Shown here: positions 41,090 to 55,167 of the stretch, piece by piece
How positions within the stretch are numbered: position 1 is the stretch's first letter
Layout of the letters: the number at the start of each line of letters is the position of its first letter
From: Eledone cirrhosa
Lineage: Eukaryota
Length of the DNA: 64,000 bases
Direction of reading: 5' to 3'
NCBI GenBank assembly: GCA_964016885.1
Contig: OZ024745.1
Location: 7,502,001 to 7,566,000 of the forward strand
Position numbers and translations under genes: made by a program
Notes under the pieces: model-generated
Told to the model about the DNA's origin: nothing
Seen by the model: only the letters and a program-made list of their open reading frames with translations
Databases searched by the model: none

Positions 41090-41335
41090 TCTTCTTTGCC
41101 TTCCACAACTTTCTCAGGAATAAATGGGCAAAGTCCTCAGACACGCCTTCCAGAGGGTCCTATCAGTAGCAACTGTCTCCAAATAATTTGGCTGGATCCC
41201 CAATTGAAACCAACCAAACTTATGGATGTTATCCAACCATGGTCTACTTCAAGTTATGCACCCTATCAAGTAACATTACTCCAAACACCCTTTGGAGGAA
41301 TCTCATATTGGCTGCTTGTATTCTTTCAGTCATAA
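41090..41335 (-). mobile_element. Second Rex3-like LINE 3' fragment
   Basis: The reverse complement resembles 13420-13690 (TGGTT.GATAA.ATCCAT, GGATCCAGCCA, CTGGAAGG.GTGT.TGAGGACT). Confidence 0.65.
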
Positions 41336-42539
41336 CCCAAGATGTATAATTTTAACTTTCAAGGAGGAAAAAAAGGGGCAGCAAATTAATACAATGCTCT
41401 TACCCCTCCCCACCTCCCAACTTATAATGTTCCTACTTTAACACAAACCATGATAATAAACTTGAGAAAATGAGAATCATAAACACTGGATTACTTGCTA
41501 TTCAGACATAGTTTCAATCCTTTAATGCTGCTTTAAATCAAAAATTACAACAGATAATGAAAGCTTCAATATTGATCATCAAACGATAAATTACACACAG
41601 TATATACAAATAAATACTTCTATAGCATCAGAGAAACGATTGTTGAGCCCTTGAATACTAGTTTCCCTTTAAACCAGTAATAACTGCCTTACTATTGGTT
41701 GTATTTCAACCTCTATCACAGGTAGCAATCCCCCAATACCTGTTCACTTCATTAATTTTACTGCTCATTTACCCACCTTCCTTTTCCAAACAGTAGCGTG
41801 TTTACTTTCACTTGCCAACTCTTACTGCTAAACAATCTTACATTTCTAACAGCTACTTCACACAAACAGCCCTTTGTTGACTAAGAAAAACTTTAGAAGG
41901 CAAGATGAGTAAAACAAAAAACAAACATTACACACACACACACGCATATATATATATATATTAGAAAAGGGAAGTAAGGTTCTATACAAAACAGTGGTTA
42001 TAGAGTAAAGGTGAAGTTGGAAATAGCACGGAAAATATATTTTAGGGTCTGTTTTTCTTATATATATATATATATAATAAAAGAATCTCTTTGAAGCTCT
42101 ATAATCCAGCCTCAGAATCTAGCCCAAATCTGTTTACCTAGTAATTTCATGTGACATTAATCAAAGGACCCTCATAGGAGAGCAGGTAAAACCATTTAAG
42201 TAATTTTCTCCAATGAAAATCTCTAAAAATCCAACATTAATTAGAGGCTTCATTAAGATTGCAGTAAAACCCTATCATCCTTCCATATTTTACTGACTTA
42301 TTCTATCTAAACCTGGTTTGAATAATCAAGTCTGACAAGATTGTCATTATTGCCAACTCACCTACATTTAAGGACACAAATGTGATACTAATAGTCACAG
42401 TACTACATTCATTACAAGCCAATGAAATCTCTTTGTGGTCACTTAACATGCCAGAAATAGCAGCCAAATTTTCCTCAAATCCTGTCTTAAAAATAGAAGG
42501 GTCACATTGATTAATGTAAATGTAGTTCCAGATTTGAAG

Positions 42540-42990
42540 GTGCATGGTTTAGTGGTTAGAGTGTTCAGTTCAGCCCACTATTAAGGATGTGAGTTTGATT
42601 CCTGGGCCAGACAGCACATTGTGTCCTTAAGTAAAAATTTAAGAAAGCTGTCACAGACTAAAGAGAGCATTGATACAAAATTAATTTATAAATTACAAAA
42701 AGCACTCAGTCCCCACTGTAATGTGGTTGGTGTTAGGAACCATAATACCAGTGCATGGCTTGATAGTAAAGTTGTGAATTTGATTCCCAGACCGGACAGT
42801 ACATGTACTTTATTTCAGGTTACTCCAATCCATTCAGCTGGCAAAAATTGAGCTGTACCTGTAATTCAAAGGAACAGCCTTGTCACACATTGTCTTGCGA
42901 ATCTCCGAGAACTATATTACAGGAGCATATGTCTGTGGAATGCCCAACCACTTGTGCATTAATTTCATAATCAGGCAGTCCTGTTGATTG
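42540..42990 (+). mobile_element. CORE-type SINE copies (two heads, ~42540 and ~42752)
   Basis: TGCATGGTTTAGTGGTTAGA...GAGTTTGATTCC and TGCATGGCTT...GAATTTGATTCC followed by CORE-like sequence. Confidence 0.7.
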
Positions 42991-43035
42991 CATCAGCTAG
43001 AGCTCTTGTTGGAAATCCAACAATACAAAATAGAA

Positions 43036-43320
43036 ACCTTTTAACACTTTCATCACATTTCTAATGAAATTTATTGTTACTAATTAATAAAGAATTTCAA
43101 GGGATTTACTTAAATTATTAATTATTTCATTTCTAAGGTTCTTATATAAAATTATGTTGGAAGATTTTAATACAAATTGCAAACCTTTAAAATAGGCAAT
43201 TTTATTTCATAGAACCAGAACTGGTTTTGGCCAGTTTGTTAACTAAAGGGTTAAAATGGGTGACTTTTTATTTCATAGAACCAGAGTTGGTTTTAGTTGG
43301 GTTGGTAACTAAAGGGTTAA
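43036..43320. mobile_element. TTAA MITE remnant with a tandemly duplicated right end (~66 bp)
   Basis: TTTTATTTCATAGAACCAGA...AACTAAAGGGTTAAA occurs twice (~43200-43255 and ~43266-43321). Confidence 0.7.
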
Positions 43321-45995
43321 AGCTTCACATCAGAGTAGCATCTTTCTTGCAGTTAAGCAGTATAATGATACATATTGGCACAATGGTAAAAATGTGAATC
43401 TGTTAAAACCTGAATTAACCTCTATATAGTTGCCTAGCATGCTATAAACACCAGCTAGATCCCCTAGCATGCTATAAACAACAGCTAGATCCCCCTCATC
43501 CTCAAATGAAAACTTCACAGTCTTAAAAACAAGAGACATTTGATAATGTAGTTTAGAAAAAATAAATAAAACAGTGGAAAGGTCACATCTGGAATGTTTG
43601 ATCATAAGTTTGTTTATTCAGAACCAACTTAGGAATAAACAACCACCACCAAGTCTTTTACAAACATATATTTTAGTAAGCAAGATTTTTTCTTCCCTTG
43701 CTAATTATTAATATTAAAATACTTTCATTAATCAATTTATAGTAATTGCTATCCAATTGATCAATTGTCCAGATACATCTTGAAAATAAAATTTGCATAG
43801 TATTTATTTTTTTAACATATTTAGTCTGAATTTAGCTCCAACAAAGCTGACTTATGATCAAAAGCATTCCAACCATGACCATCTCATCCCTTCCAAGACT
43901 GTAGCGAGAAATTTGAGGAAATTTGACTGCTATAGCTAGTAGGCTAAAACAACTACATAAGTGATTCTCCTGCTGACATGCATGTAACACAACAAAGTTG
44001 TGTTGATAGCAAGTATCTAATTGTTGTGGCCATGTGCCAATGTAAAAAACCAAATCAATTACTACAGAGTGGTAGGAATAGTAAAGGAATCAACTGTAAT
44101 TAGATCTTATAATGTTCTGAGATCTCAGCAGGATTTACCAAAGATTGATAACCTAAACACCAGCCATTTACAATATACCCAAATTCATTTAGGTCATTGT
44201 GCCAGAGAAACCTATTATTATGGTTTTCGATTGGTAAATAAATGAAATATGTTTTAAATCAGCAGAGAAATACCTTAAAATATTTCTTTTGGTTCTTTAT
44301 TGGTAGTGGATTGGCAAAACTGTTAGTCATCATCATTTCCCTGCTTGGGATGAGTTTTCACAGAGCAAGTGGGGCTATTGACCTCCCAGACGGGACGGGG
44401 GTTCGCATCTTGTTTACATACGGTACCACCTTTTACTGAGTGTATTTTATAGTGACACCAGCACTGGAGAAGTTGTCATGTCTTTGACACAACTGGAAGG
44501 TTCTCCCAACCGTTTAGGGAAGCTTTCTATAGATGGATGCCTTTCCAATCACCAACCACTTTACACTGTACTGTGTATCATGTAAATCAACACTAGAAGT
44601 TGTGCTGTTGACACAAATGAACGGCCCTATCAACCCTTTTAGCTATAGTTTCTACAGTGGGGTGTCTTTCCTATCAACCACCTTACAGGGTGTACTGGGT
44701 GCATTTTCGTGGCACCATCACTAAGCTCAAATCCTGTTATTCAATTTGCCTCGTCATCAGAAACAATGGTGCAATATGAGAGAGAGAGGAGGCTCACATT
44801 ATATATACACACATACACTGTAAATGTGGTTGGTGTTAGGAAAGGCATCCAGCTGTAAAATTATGTTAAATAGAAATGATAATATATATCATAAGTTTCT
44901 GCACAGTCTCCATTAACCAAATTCCAGTGACAAGGCACTATGACAGAATATACTTCACCAAGCTGCCACACAATATAACCAAACATACAGTACTGTGCTT
45001 ACAAAACAAACTTAACTACATGGTTGATTTTATTTTTCCTTTGTCACTATTCAACATCTAGTCGATGAAACAAGTACCAGTCATATACTGGGATCAATTC
45101 CATTTAGAGTATATACCTTCCTTACATTAATTAATACCTTGTATTAAATGTAGTAATTTATTATTTAATGGATCTTTTCTAAACATTACCAACTGAAAAG
45201 GATTAAAAGGAATGGATATTAGAAGCTGGAAAACAAACATACCATCAATGAATGAACCGGAATACCTGCAATTTCTGGGAACACTCAATGGACAATGCTT
45301 TTAACTTGCACTTGGTCGCACCGAGACATCCAGAAGAATTATAAAGTGGGTGGGATATCCATTTACACTGGTTAGTGCACTGAATGGTGTAGCGACTAAA
45401 GGGAGCCTTCATCCAGTGAAGAAAAGATCTAGGATGGTAAGGAGGAGGGCTGGTCGTGAAACATCAAGTGTGTAAATAGGTGGAGAGAGAGAAGGAAGTA
45501 GATCAGGTTTCTTTTATTTTCTCATTTTATCCTAACTCAAGCACAAACATAGGAAGTAGGAAAGGTATTTGAGAGAGAACTACCATGTGTATTGATCTAC
45601 AGTGAAAGAAGAAGACAAGGTGAGAGAGAGAGTAGGGGAGACAAGGTGGAAAATAGTTGAGCAGAAAGAGAGAAGAGCTCAAGGGGGGTAAAAACAAATA
45701 CAAAGAGAGAGAGAGAGAGAGAGAGAGAGAAGGAATAAGTAGAGTGGAAAGAACAAGAAAAATAGATAGATGGGTGAGAGAAAGAGACAAGGCAATATAT
45801 GAGAGGGAGATGTAGAAGGAAGGTGGCTGTATAATCTCAATGTGTGTGCGCCTGATTAAACTTACAGGTAAAGGAAAATTTAAAAAGGCAGCAATTCCAA
45901 GGTGAAAGTTGACTGGCCAATACCACATGACTACACTTAGCAGGGTCAGTAGCTTCGCTAGTTAAAGCTAAGCACTTAAGGCTGAATACTTTTAA

Positions 45996-46337
45996 CCCTT
46001 TTGATACCAAACCGCCATGTTTGTTTTAAAGTGTTTATGCTTATCTAAAAACCTCCCATGTATAGAGTTACAGCCCTTGCCATTCTGAGTTCAAATCCCG
46101 CCGAGGTTAACTTTGCCTTTCATCCTTACGAGGGTCGATAAAATAAAGTACCAGTAATGTACTGGGTAATTGCTGGCCTTGTGCCAAAAGTAGAAACAAT
46201 TATAATTTTATGTAAGAACCTTTAAACTAAGCATCAGCTAAATAATAAGAAAGTTAATTTACTAAATGTCTTCAAATTCCTGGTTATTTTCAAAATTAAC
46301 TGCAATATATTTCATAAGAAATCTGGTAATGAAAGGG
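45996..46337. mobile_element. TTAA MITE with a nested 5'-truncated SINE (~46083-46200)
   Basis: TTAA|CCCTTT...AAAGGG|TTAA termini; internal TCTGAGTTCAAATCCCGCCGAGGTTAACTTTGCCTTTCATCC. Confidence 0.8.
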
Positions 46338-47084
46338 TTAAACATGTGAATTGATATAAAATGTCTTTTCTGAGAACTATTGCAGTTGTAGAATTTTACA
46401 TTTGAACTGTCATAGGATGGCAGGAAAAGCAGAGAGAATGTTTATAACAGACTAAACTTTAGGAACCCAAGAGCCAGGAGGTGATTGTGGTATTGAACAA
46501 GGTGGTCTGTTAGAGAGGTTTGATCCAAAGGTGGCCAGCAAGATAGATTTTATGAAACCAATTTGCTTAAGTTGCAAAATCGTATTTTTACTTGTCTTTA
46601 GAAGGAAGAGCACATGTCTTAATAGGTTATAAGATAATATGCTTCTACTAAGTTTGATGAATATGATTAGACCACCTACTTCTTGTTGAAGTTTTAAACC
46701 AGACACATTGGACATCTTACATCTGCACAGTAATTAATTAAATACTGGGAACTGACCATTTCCTTTTTGTGCTGGTCACCATCAAAATCTTTTGTCCTCA
46801 GTCCACCAAACTGCCATTTAACCTCTGCAAAATTTGGAAGAGTGTATCCAACCTGAGAAAGGAGCCAAATGAAGTGGAAAAGCTGATGCAGTGGGTACCA
46901 TTGGTTGTTCTCCACAGCATCCCCATGTCTACAGGGCTGCCTTGGAATTTCTCTTTTTTTTTTTATTGCGAACATTGTGTGGACCAATAGTGACATATGG
47001 AATCTCTTGGACATTTTAAAAAACCTGGTGGAACTCCCTTGACTCGGTCTGAATACAGCTCATTTTTTTCAAGAGAGGGGAAGA

Positions 47085-47360
47085 ATTGACTCCAATATTG
47101 GATTGGTACTTCTTTTATCACCTTCTAAAGGATGAAAGGAAAAGTTGACTATGGCAGGAGTGCAGAGAGCCAAAACAAATAGTGAAAAGCATTTTATCCA
47201 ACATTCCAATTTCTATTAATTCACCACTTTTGCAAACATTATCTGAGTTCAAATCCCGCCGAGGTTAACTTTGCCTTTCATCCTTACGGGGTCGGTAAAA
47301 TAAAGTACCAGTAATGCACTGAGTAATTGCTAGCCTTGTGCCAAAAGTAGAAACAAAACA
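47085..47360. mobile_element. Head-to-head SINE pair: old minus copy (~47085-47232) and young truncated plus copy (~47243-47360)
   Basis: GGTACTTCTTTTATC..AAAGGATGAAAGGAAAAGTTGAC is the reverse of the family body; the plus copy is nearly identical to 46083-46200. Confidence 0.75.
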
Positions 47361-48013
47361 ATTATATAACTTGATTGAAATTTCTTAAAGAAATACCATT
47401 TAACTTGAGTCAAAATTCTTCTCAACGAGAGCTGACTGATTCTACCCAACAGATAGACATCAAAATAGACCAAGAAGCAGTGCTTAATATCAATATGGCA
47501 ACAAAGCAACATAAAACAAGGATTAAGATGATAAATTAGAATATGTAATTGGCTATTTATATCACATCATATAATTTAGGAGACAGTTTCACCTGATGCT
47601 GGGAACAACTAGAGATGGCCCAAGAGAGGAGGGTGAGAGAGAATAAGAGAGAGTGTGAGAACTAAAAAGGAGAGAAAATATGTGGAAATGGCTGACTTCT
47701 AATCAAAGATATCTAAAATTAATGAGAGAGAGAGAGATAATCAATGAGTATAAGAGTGGTGAAGTATTAAATGTAGACAAGAATCAATAGAACAGCAACA
47801 ATGGCCAACTCACCAAACAACCACAAACACCTTTAGTAAGACTTGTTCTAGCAAACTGATAAAGAAAGCTAAGATTGCAGAATATAGAATACGTAGAACT
47901 TTAACAACTCAACTCCTTTTCCAACCCAGTAACTCTTGTCTCTTCAGTCATTTTAGCAGTAGAAGACTAATGTTCTTTCACAGCTGACCAGTTGTTAACA
48001 AGAAGGACATCAA

Positions 48014-48220
48014 ATTAACTCTTAACATCTTGTACCACCACATTAGCAAATCATTCTTGAAAAGTACCAAACAGCACTATGACTGCATCACATTAAAAAT
48101 TGAACTATTTACTCTCATGTAAAAAAATATATTTGTACCAATAAAAATACTATAAATATTTGAATTAACAGGTCCAATTTTAGATACTTTCTGCTAAATC
48201 ATTAGGATGTAAAGAGTTAA
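48014..48220. mobile_element. Possible further TTAA-flanked MITE
   Basis: TTAACTCTTAACATCTT ... AGGATGTAAAGAGTTAA imperfect terminal inverted repeats. Confidence 0.5.
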
Positions 48221-48679
48221 AAACTTTCTTTGACATAGTAAACAGTTCATATCACAGCAGAACTGGCATCAAATAGGAATAACAGACAAGTTTAAATTAT
48301 TTTGGAGTCAATCCATTCCTTAATCCTCTCCTATAGATGCCAAGAGAAAATTTCAGTTATACTGATGTTTGATCCTTGTTTCCGTGCAGGGTTTATGGGA
48401 ATTTTACCAAGATGTAACTTAAACCTTTTGATAACAAACTGCCTCAATATAAAACTTCTGTAAGATGCAACCTTGCATAGGTGAGAAGCTGTTAATTTTA
48501 ATTTTCTACCTATTGTAGATTGACACTCAGTTAAAAAAAAAAAAGAAATGTTCACAAAGGTATGAGCTAGCAGGTTTCCCTGGTGCAGGAGTAGACCCAA
48601 AAGGGAAAGGTGATTGTAGTGGAATTGAAATGCCATAAAATAGGGTTAAGTGGTCCAAGGTTATGAAATCCTACAAGTA

Positions 48680-49205
48680 TTGGGTTGGTGCATAATTATT
48701 GCAGCTTTTTTTCAACAAATTTTATTTAACAAAAACATCTTTAAATGTCGGGGTTTTCTCTTTTCAGAATGCGTATCGAAAATCCTATCCACATTCGTCA
48801 TATAATGCTCTACCTCTTCAAGAAAGGTTGGAATGCAGCCTCAGTCATTTCGCGATCTCAATGAACTTTTTGGTAAAGGAACAACCAGCAAAAGCCAAGT
48901 TGAAAGATGGTTCAGGAAGTTCAAATCAGGCGATACAAACTTCGCAGATGAAGAAGGAAGAGGTCAACCATCAAATTTCAACGACCAGGCACTTTTGGCA
49001 GCCGTGGAAGAGGACGAAAGCTTGACAACGAGAATGTTGGCCAAAGACTTCAATGTGGACCATTCAACCATCGTTCGTCATCTCAAAAAGCTCGGAAAAG
49101 TATGGAAATTGGCTGGGTGGGTCCCCCACGAACTCTCCGATAACAACAAAGCCGAACGTGTCCGAATTTTTACCGATTTGCAGCAATAATTGTGCACCAA
49201 CCAAA
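48680..49205 (+). mobile_element. Internally deleted mariner transposon (526 bp) with N-terminal transposase pseudo-ORF
   Basis: TA|TTGGGTTGGTGCATAATTATTGC...GCAATAATTGTGCACCAACCAAA|TA (Hsmar1-like TIRs). ATG 48769 MRIENPIHIRHIMLYLFKKGWNAA, a +1 frameshift, then the HTH region through WVPHEL; the DD34D domain is absent. Confidence 0.95.
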
Positions 49206-49330
49206 TAGTTGCTTTCTGAATCCATCTATGAGTTTGTCACCTGCCTCATCTATGTACAAAGAATTGCAAATTTGACATTTCATGCAATTATAACATTGGA
49301 AATGCATTAAGAATAGCATTAAGTAATAAT

Positions 49331-49640
49331 GGTACATGGCTTAGCAGTGTATTTGGCTCAAGGTTGTAAGCTTGATTCCCAGAGGAGTGCCATGTGTCCT
49401 TGAACAAAAGGCTTTATTTCACATTGCTCCATACCACTCAGCTGGCAAACATGGGTTGTAGTTGTAATTCGAGGAGCCAGCCGTCTCATACAGTGTTGTG
49501 CTGAATCTCCCTGAGAACTATGTTATGGGTACATGTGTCTGTGGAGTACACAGCCACTTATACGTTAATTTCACAAACAAGCAGTTCCATTCATTGAATA
49601 AACTAGAGTACTTGTCATTTGAAATGACGAATGTCCAACA
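49331..49640 (+). mobile_element. CORE-type SINE
   Basis: GGTACATGGCTTAG head and TGTGTCCTTGAACAA..CTTTATTTCACATTGCTCC core; 3' part shared with the copy at 7400. Confidence 0.8.
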
Positions 49641-49689
49641 ACAAGTAGTGTTATAAATAGGACAGATTTTACAACATGAGTGGAAACAA

Positions 49690-50330
49690 GTGGCTGGTTC
49701 CTGGCGAGGTGGGTGTAGCAAGAGATGAAGGACATACTGATAAGAAGGTGGTAATCATGTCTAAAAAAAGGGAGGGAGGGTTCCAGGTAAATGAAAGGAG
49801 TAGCTATGTTGAAAGGGAGAAAATTGTGGAGGATACACTGGAGAAGCTGGGTGTCGAGGATATGTGGTGAATAGGGGAAATAGCAGTGTACAGTGTAGTG
49901 GGTTCATATAAGATGGATTTGGAAGGAAGAGTTGTCAATGAAAAGGAACGTCTAAGAAGTCGGAAGTATCAAAGACGGTGGATGTGAATGGCAATAACAG
50001 GTTGAAAAGAGTTAAAAGATAATTTGAGCTGCTCAGGAGTAAGAGAAGTATTAATACTGTTGAAATAATGACTATATGTAGCTCTGAGATGAGGCTGGTG
50101 AATTAAATGGACATCTGGGCTTCAAAGTAACCAGTAAACTTGGTGTAGTTAAGGCCCATCATCCTAGTACTGATAGACACCCCACTGTTCTGCTTATAGA
50201 ACTTACCAGCAAATGAAAGGTGAAGATTGAGGGCGATAAGTTTGACAGTCCAGAAAGAATTGAAAATTTGTTCTCTTGTATCTGAACAATTGTCTTGGAT
50301 ACCACAATCCTCACTATTCAGTTGCTAGAA
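49690..50330 (-). mobile_element. Decayed Penelope-like reverse transcriptase fragment
   Basis: Minus strand gives GVSISTRMMGLNYTKFTGYFEAQ (compare GVAMGTRMGPNYANLFxGY) and FTSTVFDTSDFLDV...YEPT (compare FLD...YKPT). Confidence 0.65.
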
Positions 50331-53300
50331 ATGTCTTAGATAGATGCTGGGTTAATGACCTACATATGAGTTCAAACTCTTCCCCCATCTATTTAACTCT
50401 TAACATCCTTAATGATTTAGTATAAAACATCTAAAACAGATTTGTTAATTCAAATGTTTATATTAATCTTTACTTGTGAATGCAGTTTTAGGTGTTGTTT
50501 TCTACTTCTCAAATTGCCAAACAAATGTGGTTTCATGTGGTACAGGATAAGAGTTACGGAATACCAAATCTGATGAAACATAATTCATTATATTGTACCA
50601 ATATTTATATTTACAGAACTCTAAACTACAACAGTACAAAATAATAATAATAATAAAACTTCTAACACTAAGACAAAGAAAAGAGTAATCCATTAAACTA
50701 TTGTACTTATGAAATCAACAAGATAACTGGCTGAATGTTTACCAAACATCACGTGTAATTCATCATCACCATCATCGTTTAACGTCCACTTCCCCTGCTA
50801 ACAAGAGTTGGATGGGTCTACATATACCAAATCAGTACTGAAGCAGGGGCTACTGACCTCCAAAAATAGTTGAGGTCTGCATCTCACATATATATGGTCT
50901 TACATTCTATCAAGCACATAGGGGATGTCATGTCGTTGACACAACTAAAGGGTTCTCCCAACACTTTGTTTGGCAGGCTTTCTATGGCTGGATACCGTTC
51001 CTATCACCCTAATAATTAGTTGACGAATTTTCATTACATAAAGGTAAATTTAACCAATAGATGGCCTAGTGGTTAGTGTGTTGGAAACATGATTATAAGG
51101 TTGTGGGTTTGATTCCTGAATTAGGTGACATTGTGTTCTTGAGTAAACACTTTATTTCATGTTGCTCCTTTGGCTAAGAGTTGGTAACAGCAGATAGTAT
51201 TAGCAACATGGAAGCACCATTTCCTTGGTCATGTTTGACAATCAGTACTCCTCCTTTCATTTTGACTTTCCTTAATACCAATACCAGCTGCCTTATTTTA
51301 GAGTCAAAAGTTTCTTTCAGTTAAAATATCTCTAAATTGAAATGTTTGTTAATCTAGTTCCGGCATATATATATATATATATTTCAAGCTTACAACTATG
51401 TAGGTTTAGCTGGCTTCATACAAGGATTCTCAGGTGTTTTAATGAAAGAGGGACCCCAGTCCTATCATTAAAAGCAACATGAAATGATGTATCATGCTTA
51501 AGAACAATACACTACCATGTCCAAGAACTAAATCCTCAACCATATAATTGTGAGTCCACATTAATCACTAGGCCACACACTACTGCATTTGATATTTCTA
51601 CATCAAAATAACAGAATACAGAGCAATCAGTGCAAACAATGGGTGCACAAGGTGCAATGAAATCTATCACAAATTAATTAGAAATCAAGACTATATGTAT
51701 GTGTATATATATATATATATATCTTATGATGCATTACAATATCTAAATATGATCAGAACAGCCCTGGATTAAAGAAGAACATGGATTTTTCAATTGCTTC
51801 ACTTGAAATAAAAGAAGTTTTAATTACGAGATAATTCTGCAATAAAGCTAATAATAAAAGGAGAGATTTGAAAGAGAACTGTAAATGTTGAGATTATCTT
51901 TACTTCTATTGACAAAGAAAGGTCTCACTATAAGACTATAACAAGTGAGATATTGTTAGGTAATAAAATAGAGCAGTGAAATTACAAAGATCAGTGGCAA
52001 CCGAGCATAGACATGGTTCTGGGTTTGATTCCACTGTATGGTACTTAGGGCAAATGTCTCATACATTAACATCAGTCGATTAATCATTTTTAAGAGGAAT
52101 TTGAAAGAAGAAAATTGTGCAGTTGTGCCTTTTGGAGAAAGATGCAACCACAAGCAAGAAAACTGATAAACTGGTGATATTTGTTCTGGCTAAATTACAC
52201 AGATGCTCCCTTGTCATTCTCACCATTGATTGGCCTGTTAGTGAATGTAATTAATGACTTTATTCATGTGTATAGATTTGGCAGAGTCCATCCCCATTAC
52301 AGGTCTAAACAGCTGATTTCTCCTAGAGAAGAAGAGTGATCAATAGTGAGAAATAGATACAGAGTAAGAATCAACTCCCGTACTAGACTGGTACTTCTCC
52401 AAAGGATTCAAACTCAAAGTGCTGAGAACTGGAATGAATACTGCAAAGCATTCTATCCGACATTCTAATGACCTTCAAAATACATATATGGAAAAATCAA
52501 TTGCAAAAGACAGGCATTTCCTATGAGGTACAATATCTAAGATACTGGACTACAACCAATCATGAGGTTGTGTCATGTTAAGCAAAATACATAACTCTGT
52601 AAAATTACTCAGCTTAAATAATATAGTGCAATCTAACATTAATCTGCTTACCTCAGTCTACCTAGCTGTAAATAGGTAAAATTTCAACTCATAATTATCT
52701 TAGCAGCACTGGCACCTCAAAAAAAGCACCCAGTACACTCTGTAAGATTGTTGGCATTAGGAAAGGCATCTAACCGTAGAAAACGAAGCCGAAAACAGAG
52801 CATATGAGCAAGATGTGGTCACCTGCGTAGTATTTAACCCATACAAGCATGGAAAATAGACTTTAAATGGCGATGATGATGGTTGGTGGAATATCAATCT
52901 GTAGAAATACATAGGGCAACATTTGGTATGGTTCCGTAACTCCTGAGTGGTAGGGGAGGCTGTAATGACAGTGTTTCTGGGGCATTTTTGAAACCTGTCG
53001 AAACCCATTTTCTCTCCAGATCTGAATACAGCAGATTTCTTCCAAAGGATAGAGAAAGCGAGAGAATGGAAGTGAGAGATATGGAGGAAGAATTCACCTC
53101 AGTACATGACTGGTACTTTTTTTTATCGACCTTGAATAGATAGATGAAAGGCAAAGCACCATGACAGACAAGATGAAACCTAAATAGATGCCAACAAAAG
53201 ACTATATAAAATATGTTCGGGGCTGTTGGGAACTCATGTCATACAGTGCAACATAATAATAGAGATATTTTATCTATATCATAAGAGTTGGGCTTTTCTT

Positions 53301-53385
53301 TAAAGCATCCACACATCAAAAAGCAACGAACATGCTGGCAGACAGCCAACAAGATGATAGCTGTATATTATATATACCAACAAAA

Positions 53386-54171
53386 AGTAGCTATGTATTA
53401 CACACTGGTAGCTATATAGTATTACACACCGGTAGCTATATAGTATTACACACCGGTAGCTATATAGTATTACACACTGGTAGCTATATAGTATTACACA
53501 CCGGTAGCTATGTATTACACACTGGTAGCTATATAGTATTACACACCGGTAGCTATGTATTACACACCGGTAGCTATATAGTATTACACACCGGTAGCTA
53601 TATAGTATTACACACCGGTAGCTATGTATTACACACCGGTAGCTATGTATTACACACCGCTAGTTATGTATTACACACCGCTAGCTATGTATTACACACC
53701 AGTAGCTATGTATTACACACCAGTAGCTATGTATTACACACCAGTAGCTATGTATTACACACCGGTAGCTATGTAGTATTACACACCGGTAGCTATGTAG
53801 TATTACACACCGGTAGCTATGTATTACACACCAGTAGCTATGTATTACACACCAGTAGCTATGTATTACACACCAGTAGCTATGTAGTATTACACACCGG
53901 TAGCTATGTATTACACACCAGTAGCTATGTAGTATTACACACCGGTAGCTATGTAGTATTACACACCGGTAGCTATGTATTACACACCAGTAGCTATGTA
54001 GTATTACACACCAGTAGCTATGTAGTATTACACACCAGTAGCTATGTATTACACACCAGTAGCTATGTAGTATTACACACCAGTAGCTATGTATTACACA
54101 CCAGTAGCTATGTATTACACACCGGTAGCTATGTAGTATTACACACCAGTAGCTATGTATTATTACACACC
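53386..54171. repeat. 21/24-bp minisatellite, ~35 copies
   Basis: Unit GTAGCTAT(GTA/ATA)GTATTACACACC(G/A). Confidence 0.97.
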
Positions 54172-54609
54172 AAGAGACAGTTATCAGACAGATGGTACCA
54201 TCAGCTGGTAGTAAACAAGTTAGGGCTGCAACAATATTACACAAGGTTTAAATGCAATCTAAGAGTATCTGCAAGAAAATGATCACTCTTCAGGTTTTCC
54301 TTTAAACAGATGTTGTAAGGAAAGAACATTCTTTGATGAGAAATCTCATTATAAACAAACTAAATTTCCGAAGCAGACTAATTAATAAATCAAACCATTC
54401 CAATTACTCGTTAATTTGCAAGAAATAAGGTTACATTACACACATAAAACACATGCCTGCACAAGTAAAAATGCTTTTTAACATAGGTCATGAATTTCAT
54501 GGGACATTGCATTTTCAATGTCATTTAACACAAAGACTTTACAATGTGTGCATGTTTGTATATAACTGATTCAATATTCTATAATTCACAATACAGCTGC
54601 TATTATTAT

Positions 54610-54810
54610 TTAAGAGGGGGTGGGGTGGCTAGAGTATCACCCAGCATGCTTTGTGGCATAATTATGGCTCTTTACGTTCTCAGTTCAAATCCTGCTTCGA
54701 TTAGCCTTGCCTTTCATTCTTACGGAGTCAATAAAATAAAGTACCAGTAACGTACTGGGACCGATTTAATCGATTTGTTGATTTTGTGCCTAAATTAACC
54801 TAATTATTAT
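54610..54810 (+). mobile_element. tRNA-like SINE (second family) with a partial head
   Basis: TTTACGTTCTCAGTTCAAATCC...TTGCCTTTCATTCTTACGG...AAAATAAAGTACCAGTAA. Confidence 0.8.
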
Positions 54811-55167
54811 TATCCCAAATAACAAGAAAAATCATATTCACTGTTCAATAGATTGAATTATAGTCCTTTCTCACAAATTGAAAACAGTCAACATAGTGAA
54901 GTTTTCATTCATAGCTGACTTTATGTTAAAACATAAGCTGCAGTGTTCCTATTAAAATAATTTAAATCTGTAAAATAAATAGTTCAGGCAGACCTATGAT
55001 CAAAGGTGCTCTAGCCCTGAATATTTTGTATACTAGAGGTTGATCTATTTAAAGCAACAGGGTGTGAATGATTTGAGGGAAACTGGCTATGTCTGGCAAG
55101 TTGATTGGCCTGATAATGACATCCTCTTCCATATATGATCATTATACAAGTTCAAACATTTCAGTGT

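Noticed and set aside
46450-47030. L1/Tx1-like fragment (CPMC motif)
   Set aside because: Too decayed to support a family call.
53332-54282. 316-aa ORF with SYVLHT repeats (and the opposite-strand ORF)
   Set aside because: It stays open only because the 21/24-bp units are multiples of three and lack stops in that frame; there is no other coding evidence.
6920-55006. TCF/LEF sites (ATCAAAG at 6920, 11168, 29285, 42160 and others) as Wnt feedback elements
   Set aside because: They are scattered, unclustered and about as frequent as expected in AT-rich DNA of this length.
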